Part shown: positions 35,986 to 46,699 of the stretch, piece by piece
Position numbering within the stretch: the stretch's first letter is position 1
Layout: every line of letters begins with the position of its first letter
Assembly: GCF_000315625.1 (NCBI RefSeq)
Contig: NW_005434607.1
Coordinates: 213,583 to 277,582, forward strand
From: Guillardia theta CCMP2712
Lineage: Eukaryota; Protista; Cryptophyta
Length of the DNA: 64,000 nt
Direction of reading: 5' to 3'
The notes under the pieces: generated by a model
Database searches by the model: none
What the model was told of the DNA's origin: nothing
The model's input: only the letters and a program-made list of their open reading frames with translations
Program-made: the position numbers and the translations under genes

Positions 35986-36519
35986 ATGAGGAGAAAGTGC
36001 AGCAGTCGTAACGTTACAGTGAGTCACTGAGTTGGTTGAAAGCGAGGAGCAGTTGTTTCTTCCTGTTTCCTTGACGTTGGTGAAGCCTCGTTGACTCTTA
36101 TTGTGCAGGTTGTTGCTTTTGCCGCTGTTATTGCCCAGGCCGCCGCTTTTGCGCCAACCCTCTCCACCTTCAAGGTACTGAAAGCAAGAGATACGGCTGA
36201 CACCATGCTGACATCAACAAACACCAGCCGGCTGCCCGCCAGGCATCCACCGGCTTGTCCATGGCCATGGACAGGTCCAACACTGCTCCCATCGTCCAGA
36301 TCTTCGACCACCGTGGATGCAGCCGTGTTGCCAAGGAGTACACTGGCAAGAAGTGCAACGGGGTAAGGCGTTATGACCTCTGATTTGCCATGTTTGACCT
36401 GCTCATGATAGGCTGAGGACGAGATGCTCGTCAAGGTCCAGTCCAAGGTGATCCCTGCCCCTGAGGCCCTCGCCGCCTCTGTCCTCCAGGTCACCGTCGG
36501 AAACCTCAAGCGCAAGTAA
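35986..36519 (+). CDS. cpeA: Cryptophyte phycoerythrin alpha subunit precursor (short, closed-form type)
   Basis: Exons 35986-36018, 36109-36174, 36228-36362 and 36412-36519 give MRRKCSSRNVT-VVAFAAVIAQAAA|FAPTLSTFKPAARQASTGLSM-AMDRSNTAPIVQIFDHRGCSRVAKEYTGKKCNGAEDEMLVKVQSKVIPAPEALAASVLQVTVGNLKRK. FDHRGC, KEYTG and DEMxVK are hallmark motifs. The first exon is less certain. The ORF track misses this gene. Confidence 0.95.
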
Positions 36520-36644
36520 GCGAGTCGGGTCTTAGCACTTTGATCTGAGCAGTGAAGTTTGAAACTCCACAAGAAGTCAGTGGTACATCCAGACCGCGCA
36601 TCTTGTCTCTTTATGATTTCATGGCTACATGTCGACAGCCCCAA

Positions 36645-38120
36645 TCACTTGACTGCCTTCACTTTCTTGAGAAGCTTTGTGTGCATCGGGCACGGATCAG
36701 GAAGGCCCTTGGCAAGCCGCTCCTGCGAGATCTTGTAGAAATAGCCATTGCGGAACTCAAGGTCCTTGACGACGGTGTTGAAGTGTCCGATGGATAGCGT
36801 GTACTCCTTCATGCGCTCGTAGAACTGCGAGGCTTCTAACTGGACGCTCCCTGAGACGGCTTGCTCGTTGAGGACACGGACCAGCTCATGCATGACCTCT
36901 TCCACTTCACTCCAGTGGCTCTCCACCACCTGACCGACCTTGGTAAACTTGTTCGCCTTGGCCACGAGATGGGTCGCGCACGTCCAGACGAGCCTCTCAA
37001 GCCTTGAGATCTCAAACTTGTTCGAGTCCATAATCCTGCAAGAGAGGTTGACCATCTTGAGGCGTTTGGCCAGGTCGCCCGACCACTTCCCAGTGACTGC
37101 AGTCAAGCCATCGGGGTCCAAGGAGGTCTTTCCATCAACGGGATCGTGGCCCAGCTTATCGATGACGAAGTAGATCAGAGCCTGAGTGTTGCCCTCCAGC
37201 CCAAACTGCTTCAGGAAGGGCCCCAAGTTGCCGGATCCCATGAAGACAAGATCCTGTCTCCGTTCAGGGGGGCATGCTTCCACAAGCTCCTTCAGCGCAG
37301 AATTGGGGACGCACAGATAGATTGGGCCGCTCTTGGGTCCGCCCCCGGGGGCCTCTTTCAGCTGGAATCTCAGCTCGGAGGTGCTTCTGACCATAGCATC
37401 GCCCGGGTCTCCTCTGTTCTTCATCATATGACCAACCCTTCCGTCTCCCACGATGACAGCAGGCGAGAGCTCCATGTCCCTTGTCGACTCCTCGTTCTGC
37501 CGCCAGGCACGTCAGCTCGTTCCCACTGACTTCCACAGCACTCACCCTCGCAAGCTCCAGCGCGTTGGAAACTTTCTCAATCTTCTCCTCAAGTACTGCC
37601 TGCCCAGCTGCTCAAGAGTCGTTCAAGTGATGTGTGGTTGTCAAGACCTTAGAGTCCTTGAGCTTCTTCAGCTCAGACTCCTTCAACTCAATTTCACTGG
37701 AGATACTGAGAATGTTCATTGTCAGCCCCTATCAACCTCACTCGACCCTCATCCCACCTCGCATACAGGGTGTTCAACTCGTCAAGCGAGCTCTCGAGCT
37801 TGCTGGTCATTGATTCGTCTTTCTTTGTGCTCGTCTGAACATCATCAGCACATGATCAAGAACGGCAAGAGTCACCTCCGAGCCGATGCATCTCAATGCA
37901 GTGAAGGCCTTCGGGGTCACAGGCCGCTGCCCCTTCACGAAGCTCCTGCTTCCTCCACTCCTCTGGCAGCACCAGACCATCAAAAAGGGAGAAGCAGACG
38001 GGAGAAAACAACCAGGAGGATGCTTGACGGTGTAGGGAGAAAGGCCTGAGTGCCAGATGACAACAGGAGCGCCACTGTCGCTCTGGAAGACAGGCACATT
38101 GTCATATGAGGTGAAAGCTG
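36645..38120 (-). CDS. Conserved plant/algal At1g16080-like protein (ketopantoate-reductase-like Rossmann fold) with N-terminal coiled-coil extension
   Basis: PAVIVGDGRVG, GPIYLC, TQALIYF..PVDGKT..PDGLTAVTGKW, EFRNGYFY..PDPCPMHT. The 5' exons are approximate. Confidence 0.8.
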
Positions 38121-38820
38121 CAATAGGATGGATCTCACAGTCTGATCATCAGCATACTCTCAATGCCGACGACAACCTGCTCATTCATCCACATTCAGTC
38201 ATGCTGGCGGCAAAGGGAGGGCTCTTGAAGCCCATGGCGCGATGGGACGTTAGTAAAGGGCTGTCCAGGTCCTAGTGGATCTACTTCCTCCTGCAAGATC
38301 CCACACAACGATGCGAATCATTTTGACATTCAAAAATGATCCTTTGCACTTCCCTCTCTGCCTCTGCCCCCTGCCACTTCTTGTCCCCTCCCCCTCCCCC
38401 TCTCTTTTCGCCTCGCATGACCGCGGCCTCCAGTCTCATCGCCATCATACAACACTTGTAAAATATTGGAGTACTAAATACTTTACTCAACTTCCCTACC
38501 AGAACCATCCTTTAAAACTTATTTTAAATACGGTGCCGCCGCAGTACAGTGATCGGACCGTGCTCAGTCACGGCACCCGGCGGCGGGCCGGCGGTGACCG
38601 CGGGGCCCCGGCCGGCCGGGCCAACCGTTGAACCGTTCGCAAACCCAGTTCCGAAGTCACCGTAGGCCGGCGCCTGTGTCACTGCCAACTCCCAGCCTGA
38701 TTGTCCTCGTACTAAGTTTGCCTTTACTCCTCGTACTGATCAGCGGGCGCCGGGGCCGGCGGTGACCCGAGAACAGTGCCAATAGTTCTGAACGAGGCTC
38801 CGTCTTTCCGTAAGTTCCGA

Positions 38821-39424
38821 TCAGTTAGACACTTGCCCGGTAATGATCATCTTCAACTAAGGAAGCGGTCAGGCGAGGTTGAAGAAGATTTGCTAGGAGA
38901 GGAGAGAGGAAGAAGAGGGAGAGGGTTCGAGGGAGGAAGAGGAGGTCTGCACCTGTCGAAAGGCCTTTTGAAGGTCGTCGTTGACTATGACGAAGTCAAA
39001 CAGCCCTGAGGTGTAGAAGTCAGCAGGGTAAGAGGAGGAGGAAGAACATGTAGATGAAGGAGGGAAGGGCGGCCGGGAGAGGGAGAGGGGAAGGGACGAG
39101 GGAAGTACACACCAGGTTGATGTGAGTCCTGCAGCTCTCCGATGGCGTTCCGCAGCCTCTTGGTTACCTGAAGTTACTTGAGCCCAGCGCCAAGAAAATG
39201 ATCCTCCTCCCACCTGCTCCTCCGACTCTGTTCCTCTCCCCGTCAACCTCCTCTCTAGCTCAGCGATGCTAGGAGGAGCGATGAACACGTAGGCTGCTTC
39301 AAGCTTGCTCCTCCTGCAGGCCCGCACCCCCTGGACGTCGATGTCGAGGATGCAGATCTTGCCGTCGCAGATCACTTTCTCCACGGCCTGATGAAGGCGG
39401 TATCAGCAGCAGCAGGGAGCAGGG

Positions 39425-39455
<31 letters not shown>

Positions 39456-40204
39456 GAAGAGGAGGAGGTGACCTCGAACGAGGTGCCGTAGATGTTCCCG
39501 TGGACCCTCGCATGCTCGAGGAATTTTGACTTCTTGAGGAGCTTCTCCATGACCTGGGAAGGCTCAGCTGGGGATGAGCTGGGTACATTTCTCACCTCGT
39601 GAGTGATGAAGTTGTAGTGGACCCCGTCCACCTCTCCTGCTCGCCAGCAGCTCACAACCACATGGAGGAGGAGAGAGACAGAGGGACAGAGGAGGGAGAG
39701 GAGAGAGTGAGGGTGACCAGAGTCAATGGGTTGCCTCCTCTATCGATACCATCCCCCCTCCTCGATGCCCTCTGTTTGACTCCTCTGTTTCACCCTGCCT
39801 GTCCCTGCCTCCCTGCTCTCCTCCACTCCTCCTCCCTCCTCTCCTCCTCCGTTCCGTGCCGTCCTCTTCCATCTCCTCCTCTCCCTTCCTCCCCTCCCTC
39901 GGATCAACCTGGTCGAGGCTTTCTTGTAGTGTGAGAGACGCTGAAACCAAGTCGACCGCAACCCTTGTCCTTGAGCAGCATGTTGATCAATGTGCCTATA
40001 TACCTGTCAAGACCTCCTCCCTCCCCTCTCCTCCTCTCCACTTTCCCCTCCCCTCGTCTCCACTCCCCTCCACTCCACTCTCCTCCTCTCCTCTCCTCCC
40101 CTCTCCTCTCCTCTCCTCTCCTCTCCTCTCCTCTCCTCCTCACCTTTTCCAACTCCCGATGGCCCGCATATGACGACACACTTTGGGGTAGCAGTCACGC
40201 AAGC
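38821..40204 (-). CDS. Guanylate kinase domain (apparently the C-terminal part of an ABC1K-GK fusion)
   Basis: Spliced: [117 protein letters not shown]. Confidence 0.95.
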
Positions 40205-40247
40205 CTGCCCCCGCGTCAGCCTCGAATCTCATCAGCAGCATCCCCAC

Positions 40248-42461
40248 CATCCCCAGCTCCTCCACGTGCCTCCTGTAGCGAGTCAACAGCCTCGTCGCAT
40301 GCTTCTTCCACCTCTCCGCCATGGACAGCTGCAAGAAGCAAGTTCAGTGTCATTCCACGTCTCATCCTCCTCCCGTCCGACCAGCCATCGCGCACCATCC
40401 ACGTCCCCGTCACCCGCTCCCCATTACCTTCCTTCCCAGCACGATCGCACACCCTCGGAGCAAGACAGAGGCGCGTTGGACGAGGACGAACGTGTCGGGG
40501 GCGTGTATGAGAGGATCGCGCCTGCTCCAGCGAGTCAGCAGCAGCTCTCTCTCCCCCAGGAAAGTTCCTGTTCAGCTCCTCCATGTAGCCCTGGAAGTTT
40601 TGTCCCTGCAAGTTTCCAACTTTTCCATCACAACGGAGGACAACTTTCCCTCAACACAAGAAGGCAACAAGGTTGCTTGCACATCACTTCACCTCCAGCA
40701 CTGAGTCATCGTCTCGGTCATTTAGGATCGTCGCCCATGCCTGCAACCCCCACTGAGAAGGCAGAGGAGTCGCTCCCGCTCTCACTGACTTGCAGCACGT
40801 GCGGCGTGTTGTGCCGTGTCCTCACTCCCATCTCCTTGTACGCCTGACAGCCTTCACACTCCCTCCTCAAACATCTTGTGGCTCACCCGCACGATCTCGA
40901 ACGAGTCTTTCTCCGCTAGAGCGACGATGAGGCGCGCGTACAGGATCCGCTCCTCCAGGCTCAACTTCTTGACCTAAAGGCACATTCAGGTTCATTCCTC
41001 TCCTCTCCTCGTCATCCTCCTCTCTTCCTCTTCTTCCTCTGCTTCCTCTTCCTCTTCCTCTTCCTCTTCCTCCTGCTCCTTCTCGACTTCTCCTTGCTTC
41101 CTGCTCTCTCTCTCTCTTCTCTTACTTGTCCGAAGTCGATGAGGCCCAGACGCCCATCGGGCCTGACGAGCAGCATGAGAGGAGAAGAGGAAACACAACA
41201 CAGCTGCTACATGAGCAAGATGTTTCCGGGATGAGGATCACAGTTCAAACACCCTGAAATGTAAACGATCAAACTTTACAATCAATCCTCCATCTCTCTC
41301 CGTCCTCCCCGTCCTCCTCCCCGTCCTCCTCCCAGTACTCCTCCCAGTCCTCCTCCCCGACTTCATCGTCCTTCCCCGCCTTCCCCGCCGTCTCTCCTCC
41401 TTCCTCCCTCCCTCCCTTCCATCCTTTCTTCCCTTACCATGTTCAAATAGTTGGTCTCCATGAACCTCAACAACTCTGCTCGATAGCAGCAGTGTCAACG
41501 ACCGCAGCCAAGAACAGAGAGGAGAAAAGACGATAATGATGAACAAAGAGGAAAGGGAGGACAATGTGAGGGAAAGGGACGGAAAAGGGCCGGGCAAGGT
41601 AGAAGATAGGAAGAGGAAAGGGGAGAATGGGAGGCAGGCAGGCAGGCAGGCGGGGAAAGGGAGGAGGAGCAGTATTCAAACCTTGAAATGGTTGTATCGG
41701 GGTCGACTGGGAGTTCGGTCCATTCAAACGGCTGGTCAAGGGTGAGAAGCGAAAGAGACAGGGATGGAGAGGAAGAGAGAGGGGGGGGGGAGCATTTGCG
41801 GGACAGAAGCGAGCATGGCTCTCCATCCTGGGTTCTGCATCTATCATCCATGGAGTATGCTTTCTCAAGCTTCTCAATACTTTGCTTCAAGTAATCCTTC
41901 TTCGCTTCCTGTTCTTCGCAAACCATGGCCAAGTGCATCAGAGATGGACCCCCAGGACGCGAAAGATTCTGCAGACGAGGGATCATATTTCCTGACCATC
42001 AAAATAAGTCCNNNNNNNNNNNNNNNNNNNNNNNNNNNNNNNNNNNNNNNNNNNNNNNNNNNNNNNNNNNNNNNNNNNNNNNNNNNNNNNNNNNNNNNNN
42101 NNNNNNNNNNNGATCGTAGGGAGAGTGGGGGATGGAGGACAGTGATAACCTTCTGTTTGACATCCGACATGCAAACAGAAGAGAGTTGTTGAGAACTTCT
42201 CCTCATGAAGTCCCCGACACGAACTACAAAATTGTGCACTTTGATCTGTCCGCAGAGCGTCACGTTCAAGAAAATGGTTGAGTGGAAGCGTGAGGACAAA
42301 GGATTTGCAGAGCAAAGTGATGCAAAGTCGTCACCATGACACTCTGTTGGATGTCTCCAAGAGATGTGAAAATGTCTGCGTTTCAAAAGTCATCACTGTC
42401 ATTTTCACCTCCTCCTTCTCCAACATCTCCTCGATCAACAAAATCAACATCAAGGTCATCT

Positions 42462-42497
<36 letters not shown>

Positions 42498-43668
42498 GCA
42501 GCAGCAGCAGCAGCAGCAGCAGAAGCTCTCACTGTTTTGTCTTCTCCGGAGCATCTCCATGTGCTCCCTTTGAAGGTCTTCGACTTTCACTCCTCGCTTT
42601 GCTGCCTCGCGTCTATCGCCGCGATCAGCAACATGCGACCAGAAAAGAGCAAGAAGAGACAAATAGACAACATACAAGAAGAAACAATAAGACAACATAC
42701 AAGTAAGCAGTAAGCAAGAATGAATACACTAGATGGGCACCAGTTGAGGACAACAAGAGAGGACGAGGGGAGGAGAGTAGGAGATGGGTAGGAGGTGAGT
42801 GGGGGCTGGGAGGTGATGGGTAAAGGGAGGTAGGGAGGGACCAGGAGGAGGGTAGGAGGGAGGGTAGGAGGGTAGGAGGGTAGGAGGGTAGGACGACGGT
42901 ACAGGGAGGGTAGGAGGAGGGTAGGAGGAGGGTAGGAGGAGGGTAGGAGGAGCCGACCTCGCCTGCTCCTTGAGCACATCGACGAGCTTCTTCCCAGGCA
43001 CATACTCCATCACGAGAACGTCCTGAGTCACCAACTCGCTGATGGGCTGGGGGATGACAACCCGCCCGCTCCACTTGCCCTTCAGCTGCAGAGGCAATCA
43101 TCTCCCTCCCTCCTCTCCCCTCTACCGTCCTACTGCCCCAATCCTGCTCTGCTCTGCCCTGCCCTGCCCTGACCTGACCTGACCTGACCTGTCCTATCCT
43201 GTCCTGTCCTGTCCTGTCCTGTCCTGTCCTGTCCTGTCCTGTCCTGTCCTGTCCTGTCCTGCTAATTTCCCTCTCATTCTCCTCGCTCCATTGCTCTTTG
43301 CTGCTCGCATCTCCCATCCTCTTCGTACTCCATGTTGCTCACCTTGCTCCAGACGAGCTGAAGGTTTTCTGCTTCCCTCCTGTAGTCAAACTCCGACTTG
43401 AACTGATGACGGAACTCCTCGAAGACAGGGCTGATCTGGGGCTGCGAGAGAAACAGTTTCATTAGCGTTGTGAAATCAAGACTGAAAATGTGACGATCAA
43501 GATGATATGATCGTCATTGCACAAACTCATTGCAACACAAGCAGCATATGCATCCTCACCTGCGCAAACTTGCAAAACTGCTCCAAAGTCGATAAGTCTC
43601 CTTCGAACAATCTCTGCAAAAAGTTTCATTCAGGGTACAACCTCCTCCTTCACCGTTCTTCTCGCTTT

Positions 43669-43727
<59 letters not shown>

Positions 43728-45078
43728 CCTACTTCTGACCTTTGCATGAGGGCGCATGACCTTGACGACCACTTTCCTCCTGTCCTTGAGGATGGCACGA
43801 TGACACTGACCGATCGATGCCGAGCCCATCGGCTCAACTTCAAACCCGTCGAAGACCTGTTTGACGTCACCATCTCCTCCTCCTCTCCTCCTCTCCTCCT
43901 CTCCTCCTCCTCTCCTCCTCTCCTCCTCTCCTCCTCTCCTCTCCCCAACTTCTTCTGCCCTGTCCACTTCTTCCACTTCTCTCCTCTTTTCTCTCTTTCC
44001 CAACTTTAGTTGCTTGCATTCTTTTCGCTCTGTACGTCTTCCCTCCCCTCCTTTCCTGCTTCCTCGCTCTGCCCCTCCAGCTCTCCTCCTTCGCTATCGG
44101 AAGCTCCTCCCCTTTTCATCCTCCCACCTCGTGTAGAGGTCGTTTGAGCTCCTTCTCCACCAGCAGCGGAGGATAGTGCGGGTCCTGCTCGTCATCAGGC
44201 ACGAGCAGCAGAGCTACCGCAATGCAACAAGCGCAATGCAACAAGCGCAGAACCTTCTCTGGTGGGACCTTGTCCTCCAGCCGCTGCAGATAGAAATAGG
44301 TCAGAGAGGAGAAGGTGGAGAGAGAGGAGGAGAGAGAGGGGGGAGGGAGGGAGGAGGACGAGGACGAGGAGGACTGGGAGGACGAGGACGAGAAGGACGA
44401 GGACGAATACGAGGAGAGAGGGGAGAGAGGAGAAGAAAGAAGAGGATGTAGAAGAGTTGTTACACGTGACTTAGGAAACGAGACAAGAGCATTCGAGGAG
44501 AAAACACCAAAGGAGACGACGGCACAGTGACAGGAGAGAGAGGAGTTGAAGTTGGACTGTTCTACCTCTAGTAGAACAGTCCATTGCTTGGGAACAAAAT
44601 CTTCTCTAGTGGCTGGAACCATCGTCATGAACCCAGGCAAGATAGGCAAGCAGGCAGGCAAGCAGACAGCAACTTTCTTAACTTTCATCATCGCGTTGGA
44701 GTTTTGTTCATGGATCATCACAAACACAAACACAAGGTCATCAGAAACGTCTTCCACCCACCTCCAATCTGCCCGAACTTGAGGTAGAAACCCCCGAGAT
44801 GAACTATCACGTCGTAAACTCTGTTGGCGTACTTGGTGTGCAGCCGCTCTACGTCGCAGGTCACGACAACGCCAGTAGGGTGCACTGCCCCTCCTCCACG
44901 GACCGAAAGCTTCTCTCCTGACCTTCTTCGGTCTGCCCTCGAGCATCTTGTCCACCGCTGCCAGAGGCTCATCTGCTGCTCGATCCTCCCACACGCCCAT
45001 CCTCTTACCCTTGTAGTGCACGTAGATGGGGACGGCATTCGTCCAGAAGAAGAGCGACCTTCGCGCCTTTGATAGCAT
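40248..45078 (-). CDS. ABC1/UbiB (ADCK) atypical kinase, many exons, spans the assembly gap
   Basis: LGGFYLKFGQ (KxGQ), LEDKVPP, PMGSASIGQCHRA..VVVKV, EFDYRREAENL, VLVMEYVPG, NCDPHPGNILL, LGLIDFGQVK, LLRGCAIVLGRKLSMAERW. Further 5' exons up to ~45800 are possible. Confidence 0.9.
42012..42111. other. Assembly gap (100 N)
   Basis: Run of N. Confidence 1.
43160..43261. repeat. Intronic (CCTGW)n microsatellite
   Basis: Directly visible inside an intron of the ABC1 kinase gene. Confidence 0.9.
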
Positions 45079-46699
45079 GAGGAATAGAAGAATCCCACGG
45101 GTCGACGAGGGGATGGGAGATAAAAGGGGGAGAGGAAGGAAAGGAGCAGGGGAGAGGAGGAAAAGTGGAGAGCGAGAAGAAGAGAAAAACCAATCGGAAC
45201 ACCTGTTCGCTTTGCAGGATGAGCAAAGCTGCCAACCCTGTTCAAAAGAGAGCAGATCACTGTGCTGTAATCTGAACAAACAATAAAAGGAGAAGTGCTG
45301 TTGCGTTCGGAACAGAAAACATCAGAACATTCGAGTATCCACCATCGGATGGAAGAAATCTACATGCAGGAGGGACCAAACATGTAAGGAACGCATTGAC
45401 ACAAGAGATACCCAGAGGCGACAGTCGGAGCAGGCCTCCTGCAGGCGACGAGTCAGTTGATGGAGTAGCAACGACAGATGTATGTCAATCGTTCACTGAC
45501 CGAGCACATGCTGCGCTATTGGTGCAAAGACAGCGAGAGGAGGAGGCTTTGTGTCCATAGCGCTGTTTCCCTCCTTCCTCCTGCATTGCGGAGTCAACAT
45601 GATCGTAGTCACCATCGTGGCTGCGGTACTTCGATGGCGCAGCATCTCCCAACAGGAGGACGCGGTCGTGCTTGTCCGTCAGCGGATTCTGTCGTACTTC
45701 GCTCCTCGACACGCCGCGAGCGGGGAGGATGTTGGCGCTGCACTGCCAGCAAACTAGGTCGATGCACAAGAGGAGAAGAGCAAATCTTGGCGAGAGCATG
45801 CGTGCTGTCTGTATCAATGACGGCTAAGAATCTCAGCTCAACTTTCTTCCAGCCCCGTTCTCAACCGCCTCGATGGTTTGCTAGGGGACGATGGAATCAC
45901 AGCATTGACCTCGTTGCCTGGTTCCTGTTCAATCGTTTCACTTCCTTGAAAATCGCGCAAATGATCGATCAGGATTGATCTGTGAGTGATCAACAGGAAG
46001 CACTGTCCTGTCTGCTAGTGTTTGAAGCTTGATCCTCTTTTGCCTTGCTCCCTTCCAACGAGTCCTCTCTACCCTCCCTCCTTCATCCTAGACCTCCGAC
46101 AACACCGCAAAGTCCTCGCGACATGTATTCATGACTTGATGACTACCCTGCTCCTCTCCTCTACTGACCTGCTCTCTTCTTGAGCTTTCTCATCTCTCCA
46201 TCCTCCCATACAGGGCCTCTGCTTTCCGAGGCTCGCCTTCCCCATCCTCCATCACTTCAGCCTCGCCTTGCCGTTAATCCGCTTCCTCTGCTTCGCCTCC
46301 CTTCTCATCTGTCTCTATCTCCTCGTCTCTCTTTCTCCTCTTTCTCCTGTTCTTCCTCTCCTCCTCTCCTCCTCTCCTCCTCTCCTCTCCTCCTCTCCTC
46401 TCCTCCTCTCCTCCTCTCCTCTCCTCTCCTCCCTCCATCCACATGATCCGACCAATGGCCTCCATGTCACGTGATCACTTTGTCCTACCGAAAGGTCACG
46501 TGGGGTATCACGTGGGTATTCGGAGGAAATGCTGGTGGGGAAGGGGAGGGAGGAGATCGAGGAGGAGGAGGAGGAGACGGGGAGGGAAGCACGACGGCAT
46601 GTGATAGAGGAGGGACGTGAGAGGTAGAGGAGGCTTCTTCTCCGTCCTGTTGCCTTGTGCCTGTGGCCTAGTCTCGCAGAGGATCCTTGATCTCGAGCC

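Noticed and set aside
36091-36366. ORF-track 91-aa product as the real protein
   Set aside because: It reads through an intron out of frame. The spliced product is the phycoerythrin alpha subunit.
42456-42698. Poly-Cys (metallothionein-like) ORF
   Set aside because: The (CTG)n tract is most simply an intronic microsatellite read through from an ABC1 kinase exon.
45485-45817. Separate secreted protein
   Set aside because: The signal-like start may instead be a 5' targeting exon of the ABC1 kinase. This cannot be resolved without transcripts.
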